Positions 10,793 to 21,423 of a stretch of 64,000 nucleotides of DNA are shown here, piece after piece. The DNA is from Promethearchaeota archaeon. GTDB lineage: Archaea; Asgardarchaeota; Lokiarchaeia; Sigyniarchaeales; SOKP01. Under the pieces are notes generated by a model. The model made no database searches. It was not told the DNA's origin and saw only the letters and a program-made list of their open reading frames with translations. Each line of letters starts with the position of its first letter. The first letter of the stretch is position 1. The position numbers and the translations under genes were made by a program. The stretch is from NCBI GenBank assembly GCA_048938005.1, contig JBHLMQ010000006.1:32001-96000 (forward strand). Direction: 5' to 3'.

Positions 10793-13700
10793 TTAGAAAA
10801 AATATATGTAATAAATCTGTAGAGCAAGCAATATTCCAAATAGAACAAGCAAAATAATTAAAATTATAAGGGTATAAAACCTCCACTTAATTGAAATATT
10901 TTCACGTTTTTCTTTAAAACTTATATAGGGTAACAAAATAGCCCCCATTATCCAAATTGATATCCAAATAGTGAAAATATACCAAACCCATGTTATAAAA
11001 GCAAACAAAAGAACAATAATGCTACCCCAGCTGATGATTAAACGCAACATTCTACGCCGAAACATTAAATCAGCATCTTCAGATTTTTTAGAAGGCATAA
11101 TAGAGTAAAGTATCCCAAAAATAGGAAAAACTAGTACTATTGAATGAACCAACCAGAGTGTAAGTATGTATGTAAGGATACCAAAAAATATTGATACAAA
11201 GAGGCTAAATATTATCCAAACATATTGAAAATTTTTCTTTAGGAAACTGACAATTTTAATAAATGTGTTCTTAATTAAGATTTTGACTTTTCTAAAGAAT
11301 ATTGTAAGATAATCAACTAATTTATTGAAGAGTTCTTTTAATTCTTCCAAAAGGAAAATAAATGGATAAACCATAACTGTAATGATAAAGATTGCTAATC
11401 CTGCAATCCAAGATAAAGAAATAAAATATATGATTATGCTTAATAAAACAAATATTATTACCCAAAAGGTGAGAGCTAAAATAGAATGTTCTTTAAAGGG
11501 TTTTATCTTTATTCCTAAGAACATTATAAAAACTAGAGAAGAGATACTTAAATTTAAAAAGATATTGAAATCTGGAATAAAATTCAATAATAAAAATACA
11601 TCAATAGATAATAGACCTCCAATTATTAGAAATGAGTAAGATCTCAAGGATTTTCGTAATGTTTCTTTTAGAACGCCTATGAAGTTATCGATATATGTAA
11701 GAATAAACATAATGAAAAGAGAGGCTAATGTTAAATTAAGGATGAGAAATGGATTTAAACTAGCAAAATATAATGGCCATGTCATGAAATTGAGATATGA
11801 CAAGCCAATTAGAGAAACTCTAATTTTCTCTTTGTTAGAAACAACTAATTGCCAAAAAAGTAATAATTTAAAAAGATAAGCGAACTCAAGGATTAAGATA
11901 AAAATGATTATAGGTATAACTGTTAATAAAAATGTAATAGAAAAAATATTATAAAGCCATATTAAATAAGTTGATGTAAATATCATAATTAAAATCCAAG
12001 ACATTACTTTTACATAACGAGTAGCTATTCCTAAAAACTTTAATAGATAACTATCTATAATCATTAATAGATGGATTAAAAGGCTTAAAATCAATAGTAT
12101 CAATGGGATTGGAAATCCCTGCAAAAATAATGCTTGGAATATTGAAATGGATAATGTAATGTAGAAACCCGTGCCTATTGTATGTTGAACATATGTTTGG
12201 ATTTTATTAAGAGCATCTTTGGTATTAGGGTAAAAATCCTTTAATGAGGCAAAAAGAGAATAATTAGTATAAAATTGCATTAGTATAAAAATAAAGATTT
12301 CCAAACTAAGCAGAAAAGGATATTGAGATATCAAATTGTTTAAAATTAGAAATAACATTAATGAAATTGTAAAAAAGCTGATAGTATGAACTAATGATGC
12401 ATAACTTCTCTTTACTTTCTTTATTGAATAAATATCTAACAATGTTAGTACAAATAATATTGATACAGATACCATTATACTTTCAATCAAATCAAAGCCT
12501 AAAAATTCACTAACCAAGCCATACATGATGATGCTTATTTCAAAATATAATATTAATAGCATGAATGAATTTATCTTCGGTAAAAAATTAGGATATTTTT
12601 GCTTATCTATCATAATATTAATGTATTTAATAGAATTGAATGAAAAGCATATCTCTATTAATATTATTAAATTAATCATGAAAAAGTTTAAATAATCTAA
12701 TATTGTGAAGATGTAAAAAAGACTTATAGCTAATAATCCTTGAAATAGGACGAAAAGAATAAATTCAATCCAATTTTTCAAACGTTTCTCAATTTTGACG
12801 AAAAAGAAACTTAGAGCATATAATAGAATAGTAGCGTTTTGAAATAACAAAGAATAGTAGGGAAAACCTTTTAATCCTTCAAAAAGTAGTATTAGTCCAT
12901 CAGAGATTAAAGAAGCTATATAAAAGGAACTCCATATAAATGAATTATAAATAAGGATTAAACGAGCTGTAGAGATCTTCTCTTTCGAAATATCTAAGTA
13001 AGATAAAAAATGGAGAAAAATAAGATTTAAAAGAGAGATTGTTAATACTAAAAGGAAAACATTTAAATGAAACAAATAAAGGAAAAGAGACAACGTATTG
13101 CTGAATATAAACCACGAACATACAATAAATTTATTTCGAGTTGAATTAAATAACAAATAGAAATAATTTCTATCCATTAAGTAACTCTCAATAAATGCTA
13201 TTCCACTAACTACTAATAAAAAAGAATAAATTGAAATTGCTAAATTGATAAAAACTAAATATAGAAGAAGATTTACAGCTAAAGCAAAAGGAATTAAAAG
13301 ATATAAAACAAAACTAATTTTATTGAAATAACGGAGTGGATTTTTTATTTTTATATCTAATTTTGATTTTTCAATATATTTTAAACAGAATAAGAATAAA
13401 AATGGCCAAATTATTAAAAAATCACAAATCTGGTAAACTATCAAAATTTGAGTAAATAGAAATAGCTTTAATAGATTTGGCAAAATAATTGCAATAAATA
13501 AGGAAATACAAATTGAGTTTAATAGAAAACCTGTAAGATTGAGCCATTTAACTTGATTCTCATCCTCAAAAAGCTTCAATATGCTATTTCTTTTTTCTGG
13601 TGTTTCAGCCTTCACTAAATTTTTAAATATATTAATTAAAATCTGAAAAGAAATGAGATAAAGTATCGCCCAAGTTAAAAACCATAAGGGTTGAATAAAC

Positions 13701-16700
13701 TCAAATATTAAGAGCAATTCTAAAATAAGTGTTGATATTGGAATTGGAATACCAAACCAGAGCATATATCGATATTCAGTGAATATAAAGTATAAGAAAA
13801 CGATAAACACTGAAGAAAACGTAGAAATTAAAATAGCAGGGGATGCTTTAAATATGATGGAAATTAAGGATGTCACTGAGAGGGATGCTCCAACTGCCAC
13901 TATTAAATACGGAATTATTTTATTAATACGGAATTTCATTTTATAACGATTAAATATGAAAAAGGAACATCCACCAACGGTTAATGCTAATGAAAAAGCA
14001 AACAATAATAAGCCCGGAAAAAAATTGAATGTGTTGAATGTCAACCATGAAAAATTAAAAATTAGAATCCAAGAGAGGCATAAATTTATTATTCTTTTGG
14101 GTAATTGTGTGTATTTAGAGGAAAAAAGACTGAATCCAATCACAATAAGACTAATGTTAACAGAAAAAATGGGATCCAAAATTATAGAATAAAGAACAAA
14201 GTAGATTGTTAAGAAAATTCCTAATAAAGTTATGAAATATGCACCTATTAAGATAATGCCAATTGATCTTATATTTGGGAAAAACGAATAAACAATCAAA
14301 AATAAGCCAATAACTAATATGTCAATAGAAATTGTAATTTCTGGTAAGATGCCGATTTCCATCAGATAAAATAACAAAAATCCAGCATTAATAACAGTTA
14401 ATGGGAATATCCATAAAATCGAAATAATTTTCCAATATTTAAATATTGCCAATAATGGCATTAATAAGATTGCTGAAAACAGACCAAAAGATAAATTTGT
14501 TAATAAAATGTCAGTCGGAAATAGATATTGACTTACCCAATATAATAAGAATAAGCTTTCACCCCAAATAATAAAAACAATTAGAGAAAAGTATTTCTTT
14601 ATTTTACTATACACTACTGGCAAGAAAAATAAGGAGCAAATTATAATTGATATTATTAGTGAGCCATCTACACTAAAGGCTCCGAATTGTAATGATTTAG
14701 TTAAAACATCTATTCCTGTGAAACTTTGATAAATAATATAAAAGTTAACAAAGGGAAGAATATTCCAAGCATACCACCCAGATTTCCAAATCGCCCAAGA
14801 TATTCTCCACTGGTAAATACCAATTGAAAGATAATATAAGAAAACTCCAAAATTAATTGCAACTATTAGAGGAACAACAGATAAAAGGGGCAAATCCAAG
14901 GATGCGATGATAAGAAAGTATAAAAAGGTTGGAAAAGAGAGCACAATTGATATAAGCACGATATAAAAGGATATCTTTCTAAATCGTACTGGTGAATTAT
15001 TATATAGAAGAACAAATCCAAAACCAGTTATACTCATTGTTAGTGTAAAAGTTAGAATAGGATTATATAATCCAAAAATCAGATTGTTAAAAAACCAAGA
15101 ATATGACATAAAGCTAGTAATGTCAAAGATAGCTAAAACCACACATGGTCTAATAAACCATTTATAACGCTCATCTTTTAGACGATAGAAGAAAAATCCT
15201 ATGAATAATAAAAAAATTAGAATTGAGATTGTTATGTTATAGATAATGAGGATATTAGTAAACGTAATTAGAGAGACAAAAGACAAGAGAGAAATGAGAA
15301 AATATAATGCAAATTTCTCTAAATTGTTATTTTTTTTAATGTTTATTAAAATCGAGAAAAATAAAGCCCAACTCATAGTTAAGAGGGATATAATGACGAG
15401 AATACTAAATCCCAATATGACACTATACATGCTTAAAATCGCTAGAACTTCAATAAATGTTATGTAGCTTAGTAGAAAATACGATACAAATCGAAAAATG
15501 GGGATTATACTCCTTTGAGAAAGAATTAGCGCATATGATATTAATGTAAGAAAAATTGTAAGAATTGAGTTAAAGTAAAGAAGACTTACTAGTAATAACA
15601 CTGATGGTATATAAAATTGGTATAAAGTAAAAACAGATCTTTCTTCTACAGTTTTGTTAAATCTTAAAAAGGAATAATATAGAAATAAAATTACATTAAC
15701 CGTAATAACTGTTATCTGTAATAAAAGATTCTGATTAAAGAAAGGGATGATAGCTGTTAGATTGTATAAAATTTCTAAATATATGCTTAATATTGAAATT
15801 ATAAATGTTATTAATGTTATTTTCTTCATTAAGAGTTGATTTTTGGCGGAAATATACTTTAAATTCCTTAGAATGTAAAGACTCAGAGGAGTTAAAAGAA
15901 TAAAAGTTAATGAAAACAAAAATATTTTATTTACAATGAAGAATTGGGGAATATAGAATTCAATTAGAGAAAGTGTTAAAGTGCACAAGATTATCTTAAT
16001 AACCAACCATGCTGTTAACTCTAAAATAATCTTTAACTGCGTTAATTTAAATTCTATCAGATTATCAAAAACAATCACAAACAAAAGAAATATTGTTAGA
16101 AAAAACCCTATTAACATCGATATGTAAAATACCAAATTAGGTAAGATAAACGCAAATAAATTAGTTGAGAGAATCAAAAATGTAAAAGTAAATGATATAG
16201 AAACAACTATTCCATAAACGATTATATCATGTAAATAATTAAATATCTTTAATTCCGGAAAATAATCAGATGATAACTTTAGTGTATACATACTTAAAAC
16301 AAAAAACATAAATAAAGAACAACTTATTATTAAAAGGGTAAAAGGGTTTAGCGTTATTGTTACGATAAAGATTGATGCTACATAATAAGATAAAAGCACT
16401 GTAAATAAAAACCAAGAAATAATTCCAGATAATTTGAAGCGTTTAATATAACTCTCTTTTAATTTAATTCTTACACTTAATAATTCAGAAATCTTTAAAA
16501 AACTAAATAAAAGGAATATTGTTGTAGTTAATATGAGAATTATATTTAATTTTAATCCAAATCTCGTTAAATCTAAACTAATAATTGTTGGTAAAGAAAT
16601 AATCAAACAAGATAAGACAATAAAGTCATAAATCGTTAATTTTTTAATCCATTCTAAATTAAAATATTCTTTTTTATATGAATAATAGAAAAGGAAAAGC

Positions 16701-19327
16701 CACGAAAATAGTAATAAGATTAACGGTAAGATTATACCATAAAAAGTCCCTATTAATAAGAAAAAGGGATAATAAAATATCGTTGTTGCACTTATACAAA
16801 ATGCTATGATTATTTGTAATTTCAGAAAAAATCTTACTCTATTCTCCCTAATTTTGACTTTCTTAGATATATAAAAGATACTTGTAAAAATTAAAAATAC
16901 GATATATAGCGTACAATTTATTACAGTTATTATCAAAAAGATTATATCAAAATATAAATTCAAATAGAATAATTCCAATCCTATAATAGTTGGAATTAAT
17001 GATATCGTGGTTGATAATAATATACTATTTATGATAAGAGATTTAGATATAAATTTATGGTATAATCTTTTCTTTCTTAAATATAATATTGGAAGGTAAA
17101 GAATTATACTCGAAACTAACAGTGGAACTATTAAAACATAAAGAGTACCAATTGTTAACAATAAAAAATAGTAGAATACTATCACGGTTGTATATAGCAG
17201 AATAAAACTGTTTATCTTTATATAAAGACCTTCAGAAAAGATCTCTTTTTTTGAAAAGATGTTGATTATTCCACAAACTAATGCCAATGATAAATATGTT
17301 GAATAAATTATGTTCTGAACTAGCGAAACCACTTGAAAGACTTGAAAGACACTCAAAAATAATAAGCAAAATACAGAAAAAAGTTCCACTGCTAATAAGT
17401 AAGAATTGATTTTAACATATTTTTTAAATTTAGATTCGGTTATTCTTTCCAATTTCAAACCAAACTTTAATATAAAATAATAAAAAATAGACGTAAAAAG
17501 GCAATCTAACGCTATTATAATAAAGTATGTAGTAAATAGGGATATTATTAACAGAGATATAAAAAAATCAAATAAAAATATCCAAAGTGAAAAATAGCAG
17601 AATTTCAAGAAATCTTTTAGGGGATACACATGTAAGCCATAATTTAAGTAAAGAAAAAATATGAAAACAATAGGAAATAAAACTGATGATATCAATATTC
17701 CTTGTAGAAAAGGAATTAGTTCAATCAAGAAATAGGTTCTAAATAATATAAAAGCAATAACAAATAATTCGACTAAAAAGCTATTAAATAATACAAAGAT
17801 CCTGAATAATTTCGGGGATTTTCTGTAGAAGTATCTCACACCTAAAACATACTGAGAGATTAAAAAAATTATTGAAATTATTAATGAGTGTAAGAGAACA
17901 TTTGAAATGAAAATTAATAATGGGTTTGATGTAAAAGTTGTTGGAAAGAAATAATACATAATCATTGGAAAGAAATAATACATAACCAAAGAAAAACTAG
18001 CAACGGCTAGCAAATTTTGAAAGATTAGAATGTTATCTTTAAGGAAATAATCTAATTTAACAAACACTTGCAAAACCAAATACAAAGAAATGCAAAATAC
18101 CAAAAAATTCAATAAGATGGTCTCTATTGTAGGTAGTATTATTCCAAAAGAGATGTAAATCAAGAGAGCAATAGAGTTTAATAAAATTACATATTTATTA
18201 TACTTCTTTGAACATAGTTCATACTTCTGTTCATAGTGAAGTAGTATATAAATAAATGGAAGGATAATTAAGATTAAGTATGGAATTTGGATTAGAAAAG
18301 AGAACAATGTAATTAATAGAATTAAAATTCCAGATAAATATGAATTGTATTTTTGATATTTAATATTTAGTGGGGGAGGACTTTCCTTAGACTCTTCAAT
18401 TTTATCAGACTTGTCATATAGATCAAGTTTAGAACCATAATAATAATTAACATAGAACCTAGATTTAAAATAGAATAAAATGAATATCAGTGTTAAGAAA
18501 GAGCTATTTAGGAGTTCTGCTAAGAGATTAAATGTTATAACAATAACTAATGGCATTTGAACTAATATAAAGAAAATAAGGCTAACTAAGGAAATTACAA
18601 AATTTTTTTTAAATAATATTAAGTCTCTTAAAAATGGTTTATTTTTAATTATGGAATCTTTTATTCTTTTTATTTGACTCTTAGTACCTGTTAATGTGAT
18701 GATATAAAATAGTAAGTTTGTTATAAGAGCATAAAGCCAGGAGAAATTAGTGGAAGCAGTAAAAGCTAAAAAAATAATATGAGTAACATAATTAACGAAA
18801 ATTAAGAAATTATATGGCTGCTTAACCATTAATGCAAAATTTTCGCTATGTTTGAATTCTCCATCTTCTATATTAAAAAAATCAATTGGTTGGAAATAAT
18901 AATAGTAGTAAACAATGTTGAAAAGAACTGCATAACTAATTAATGGAAGGAAAATAAATGAATCAAATGGTGAACCAAGTATAAAAATAGGAGTTGTAAC
19001 AAATGAAAGGATAGAAATTAAAAAAAGGACATGAATTCTAGCAGTAAGATTATTCCTTTTGTTAAGAAAAAAGGGATTATTTCTGTATTTATCATAAGCC
19101 TTATAGAAAAAAAGCAAAGTAAACACAAAACATTCTACTGATAAAGATAATGTAATGAATAGACCAACTCGAGAAAAATTTAGGATTAAAAAAAGTACAA
19201 CTGCTGCTATTAAAGGAGCAATAATTAAATAAAATGAAAACCACCAAAATTTCTGAAGTAGTTCCGTAGCCTTCGTTATTCTTTCTTTTGAATTATCGGT
19301 AGTTTTTGATCTCATCGCCCAACACAA
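10793..19327 (-). CDS. Giant polytopic membrane protein of unknown function (2844 aa)
   Basis: Uninterrupted 8.5-kb ORF of hydrophobic helices separated by short Lys-rich loops; likely start ATG 19315. Confidence 0.85.
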   Translation of the reverse strand: MCWAMRSKTTDNSKERITKATELLQKFWWFSFYLIIAPLIAAVVLFLILNFSRVGLFITLSLSVECFVFTLLFFYKAYDKYRNNPFFLNKRNNLTARIHVLFLISILSFVTTPIFILGSPFDSFIFLPLISYAVLFNIVYYYYYFQPIDFFNIEDGEFKHSENFALMVKQPYNFLIFVNYVTHIIFLAFTASTNFSWLYALITNLLFYIITLTGTKSQIKRIKDSIIKNKPFLRDLILFKKNFVISLVSLIFFILVQMPLVIVITFNLLAELLNSSFLTLIFILFYFKSRFYVNYYYGSKLDLYDKSDKIEESKESPPPLNIKYQKYNSYLSGILILLITLFSFLIQIPYLILIILPFIYILLHYEQKYELCSKKYNKYVILLNSIALLIYISFGIILPTIETILLNFLVFCISLYLVLQVFVKLDYFLKDNILIFQNLLAVASFSLVMYYFFPMIMYYFFPTTFTSNPLLIFISNVLLHSLIISIIFLISQYVLGVRYFYRKSPKLFRIFVLFNSFLVELFVIAFILFRTYFLIELIPFLQGILISSVLFPIVFIFFLYLNYGLHVYPLKDFLKFCYFSLWIFLFDFFISLLIISLFTTYFIIIALDCLFTSIFYYFILKFGLKLERITESKFKKYVKINSYLLAVELFSVFCLLFLSVFQVFQVVSLVQNIIYSTYLSLALVCGIINIFSKKEIFSEGLYIKINSFILLYTTVIVFYYFLLLTIGTLYVLIVPLLVSSIILYLPILYLRKKRLYHKFISKSLIINSILLSTTISLIPTIIGLELFYLNLYFDIIFLIITVINCTLYIVFLIFTSIFYISKKVKIRENRVRFFLKLQIIIAFCISATTIFYYPFFLLIGTFYGIILPLILLLFSWLFLFYYSYKKEYFNLEWIKKLTIYDFIVLSCLIISLPTIISLDLTRFGLKLNIILILTTTIFLLFSFLKISELLSVRIKLKESYIKRFKLSGIISWFLFTVLLSYYVASIFIVTITLNPFTLLIISCSLFMFFVLSMYTLKLSSDYFPELKIFNYLHDIIVYGIVVSISFTFTFLILSTNLFAFILPNLVFYISMLIGFFLTIFLLFVIVFDNLIEFKLTQLKIILELTAWLVIKIILCTLTLSLIEFYIPQFFIVNKIFLFSLTFILLTPLSLYILRNLKYISAKNQLLMKKITLITFIISILSIYLEILYNLTAIIPFFNQNLLLQITVITVNVILFLYYSFLRFNKTVEERSVFTLYQFYIPSVLLLVSLLYFNSILTIFLTLISYALILSQRSIIPIFRFVSYFLLSYITFIEVLAILSMYSVILGFSILVIISLLTMSWALFFSILINIKKNNNLEKFALYFLISLLSFVSLITFTNILIIYNITISILIFLLFIGFFFYRLKDERYKWFIRPCVVLAIFDITSFMSYSWFFNNLIFGLYNPILTFTLTMSITGFGFVLLYNNSPVRFRKISFYIVLISIVLSFPTFLYFLIIASLDLPLLSVVPLIVAINFGVFLYYLSIGIYQWRISWAIWKSGWYAWNILPFVNFYIIYQSFTGIDVLTKSLQFGAFSVDGSLIISIIICSLFFLPVVYSKIKKYFSLIVFIIWGESLFLLYWVSQYLFPTDILLTNLSFGLFSAILLMPLLAIFKYWKIISILWIFPLTVINAGFLLFYLMEIGILPEITISIDILVIGLFLIVYSFFPNIRSIGIILIGAYFITLLGIFLTIYFVLYSIILDPIFSVNISLIVIGFSLFSSKYTQLPKRIINLCLSWILIFNFSWLTFNTFNFFPGLLLFAFSLALTVGGCSFFIFNRYKMKFRINKIIPYLIVAVGASLSVTSLISIIFKASPAILISTFSSVFIVFLYFIFTEYRYMLWFGIPIPISTLILELLLIFEFIQPLWFLTWAILYLISFQILINIFKNLVKAETPEKRNSILKLFEDENQVKWLNLTGFLLNSICISLFIAIILPNLLKLFLFTQILIVYQICDFLIIWPFLFLFCLKYIEKSKLDIKIKNPLRYFNKISFVLYLLIPFALAVNLLLYLVFINLAISIYSFLLVVSGIAFIESYLMDRNYFYLLFNSTRNKFIVCSWFIFSNTLSLFLYLFHLNVFLLVLTISLLNLIFLHFLSYLDISKEKISTARLILIYNSFIWSSFYIASLISDGLILLFEGLKGFPYYSLLFQNATILLYALSFFFVKIEKRLKNWIEFILFVLFQGLLAISLFYIFTILDYLNFFMINLIILIEICFSFNSIKYINIMIDKQKYPNFLPKINSFMLLILYFEISIIMYGLVSEFLGFDLIESIMVSVSILFVLTLLDIYSIKKVKRSYASLVHTISFFTISLMLFLILNNLISQYPFLLSLEIFIFILMQFYTNYSLFASLKDFYPNTKDALNKIQTYVQHTIGTGFYITLSISIFQALFLQGFPIPLILLILSLLIHLLMIIDSYLLKFLGIATRYVKVMSWILIMIFTSTYLIWLYNIFSITFLLTVIPIIIFILILEFAYLFKLLLFWQLVVSNKEKIRVSLIGLSYLNFMTWPLYFASLNPFLILNLTLASLFIMFILTYIDNFIGVLKETLRKSLRSYSFLIIGGLLSIDVFLLLNFIPDFNIFLNLSISSLVFIMFLGIKIKPFKEHSILALTFWVIIFVLLSIIIYFISLSWIAGLAIFIITVMVYPFIFLLEELKELFNKLVDYLTIFFRKVKILIKNTFIKIVSFLKKNFQYVWIIFSLFVSIFFGILTYILTLWLVHSIVLVFPIFGILYSIMPSKKSEDADLMFRRRMLRLIISWGSIIVLLFAFITWVWYIFTIWISIWIMGAILLPYISFKEKRENISIKWRFYTLIILIILLVLFGILLALQIYYIYFF

Positions 19328-19508
19328 TTTTTTAATTGTATCTTGAGAGTAATGAAAATATGTGTTTATAAATATATTATAAGTATGTTTACTAGTTTGT
19401 TAGAGTATTTAAAGATTAATTCGAACTTTTACCAGTAAAAGTCGAGAAAATAGTAGTAAAACTTTTATTTTGGTGGTAGAAATTAGCGAATGTAAAAAAA
19501 CTGGTGGA

Positions 19509-20840
19509 TTATTTGAAATTAGGTAAATAACTTTTTTGTTGTTCAAACATTTCATTATAGATGTTTTCTGCCATTTCAAAACTCCCAACATTCGGATCAA
19601 TTGCTAAACAAGCAACAGCGATATCTTTAGATCTTTTTAAAACTGCTTCAACACACAAATCTTGGATTGACGCTTCAATGCGAAGTAACGCAGCAATATT
19701 TTTAGGTAAAGGACCTATATTAACACCATGAGCACCCTCCTTATTTATTACTGCAGAACACTCAATTATTGAATCTTGCGGCAAATTTTCAATAAGATTA
19801 TTGTTTGGAATATTAACAGCAAATTCATAGGAATTCTCATCATTAATGATTGCTTCTATTATTGGGATCGCTCTTTCTCCAGACAGTTCTTTTGATAAGA
19901 TTCCTTTTCTAGGATATCTTCCTCTTTTAAGCCTTTTATAATAATTACGGAATCTCTCATATATCATTTGTCCTTCATTGTCTATAAAATCAATCCAATC
20001 TATCATATCCTGGGTTTCTGTAAATTCCTCCCCAAATTGTAAGTATTCTCCAATATGATTATCCCCTACATATGGAAAATACCCAAATCTCTTATAAATT
20101 TCAAATGTAAGTGTAGAAAACTCGAATCTATCCTCATGTTCTTTGAAATATTTCATGGCATTAGTATTAAATGAAGGCATTAAATTCTTTCCTGTTAGTA
20201 AATCCTCCAAGCCTAATAAAAATGCAAAATGATTAAAACCTGCTACTTTCATTTTTAACTCTCTTATCGATTTTTTAAACATTTTAGGCAAATGTCTGAC
20301 CATAAACTCGATTTGATGACATAAACCAATAAACTTTAACTTTTTTACACTTCTTTTAATTGCTAAGCATACTCGAGATAATGGATTTGAAAAGTTGATG
20401 AAAAAAGCATTTGGACAAATTTTTTCGGCCTCTTTAACAATCTCAATAATTGGGGGAATTATTCTCCAAGCATGAAAAGTACCACCGGATCCTCCGCACT
20501 CCCCTAAAATCTGTGTTGACCCATATTTTCTTGGTATTTCATAGTCTTGTCGCCATAATTCCATTCGATTTCCAACTTCTATTGAATTAATTATGAAATC
20601 GGCGTTTTTAAGAGCTGTAGTTCTATCAATCGTTCTTTCTAGATTGAATTTATTATTTATTCTATCGTTTTCTACCATTAATAACTCATAAATCATTTCT
20701 AACTTCTCTTTATTAGTATCATGAAGTACTATTGTTGAACCTTCTAACACATCACTTAAATAAATATCATTAAACATTGGAGGTCCAAACGAAGTTGAAC
20801 CTGCTCCAATCAATACAATTTTCTTATTCATGTCGCTCAC
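19509..20840 (-). CDS. melA: Glycoside hydrolase family 4 (NAD+/Mn-dependent, alpha-galactosidase-like)
   Basis: IGAGSTSF, GECGGSGG, NFSNP, GLCH, AGFNH, GERAIPII. Confidence 0.85.
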   Translation of the reverse strand: MSDMNKKIVLIGAGSTSFGPPMFNDIYLSDVLEGSTIVLHDTNKEKLEMIYELLMVENDRINNKFNLERTIDRTTALKNADFIINSIEVGNRMELWRQDYEIPRKYGSTQILGECGGSGGTFHAWRIIPPIIEIVKEAEKICPNAFFINFSNPLSRVCLAIKRSVKKLKFIGLCHQIEFMVRHLPKMFKKSIRELKMKVAGFNHFAFLLGLEDLLTGKNLMPSFNTNAMKYFKEHEDRFEFSTLTFEIYKRFGYFPYVGDNHIGEYLQFGEEFTETQDMIDWIDFIDNEGQMIYERFRNYYKRLKRGRYPRKGILSKELSGERAIPIIEAIINDENSYEFAVNIPNNNLIENLPQDSIIECSAVINKEGAHGVNIGPLPKNIAALLRIEASIQDLCVEAVLKRSKDIAVACLAIDPNVGSFEMAENIYNEMFEQQKSYLPNFK

Positions 20841-20902
20841 AAACTAGTTTATTGGCAAATGATTTAATAATTTACTTATAAGTATAATTCAACAAATTCC
20901 GA

Positions 20903-20932
20903 TAAATGGGAAGTAAATGGGAAAGTTTATAA
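20903..20932 (+). promoter_or_regulatory. TAAATGGGAA direct repeat x2 followed by BRE/TATA (GAAAG-TTTATAA)
   Basis: Repeats near 20903 and 20914; TTTATAA at 20926-20932, about 20-25 nt before the structured region. Confidence 0.5.
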
Positions 20933-20950
20933 GGTTATTCTAACTTTTCC

Positions 20951-21181
20951 TAATTAATGAGTTTTTCACAGTATACTATGGATTATTGGTGTAAGATACA
21001 TATTACAGTATTACCTTTAATCCGTGGTATTAAGAGAGAATAAATCAAAAAATTTTGACCTCTTTCTTATAACTTTTACTGATTTGTTCTCTTTTATACT
21101 GCATCTCAATAATTATTATATGAAATAGGTCGTAATTAGATTGATCCTCCCAGTGAAGAATTCAATTAAAAATGGAGGTGA
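20951..21181 (+). ncRNA. Putative structured RNA / cis-regulatory 5' leader
   Basis: Stems 20973-20985/21018-21030 and 21032-21047/21080-21095 (two G-U pairs each), closing stems 20969-72/21098-101 and 20951-61/21105-15, loop pairing 21056-72/21116-32, anti-SD 21146-50. Confidence 0.6.
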
Positions 21182-21187
21182 AGTGTA

Positions 21188-21367
21188 CTGGAAAAAGAAT
21201 CAGATAAAATTGATCTGATATTAGATTATTATAAAGATTGGGATTCTTATAATGCTCCAGTTATGATGATGTTTAATGCGCCAAATGAGCTTTCAGAAAG
21301 TTTAGAGGCGGAGGATAGCAAAAAGTTGGAGTATTTAAGGAAAAAGTATCAAAATTCTTCGAAATGA
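21188..21367 (+). CDS. 59-aa small protein, probable CTG start
   Basis: GGAGGTGA at 21174-21181, 6 nt before CTG; reads (M)EKESDKIDLILDYYKDWDSYNAPVMMMFNAPNELSESLEAEDSKKLEYLRKKYQNSSK*; T-rich tract downstream. Confidence 0.65.
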   Translation: MEKESDKIDLILDYYKDWDSYNAPVMMMFNAPNELSESLEAEDSKKLEYLRKKYQNSSK

Positions 21368-21423
21368 TGACAATCTTTTTAGTTTTTATAATATAACTCT
21401 TTTTTTTTTATTTTTGTTATATT

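Noticed and set aside
11382-15467. Lys/Ile/Asn-rich plus-strand ORFs
   Set aside because: Antisense shadows of the hydrophobic giant gene
20951-21181. Possible SECIS, RNase P RNA, SRP RNA or tRNA identity for the structured region
   Set aside because: No AUGA/GA quartet with correct spacing or adjacent Sec ORF, no GAGGAAAGUCC, no SRP helix-8 motif, no TTCRA arm seen
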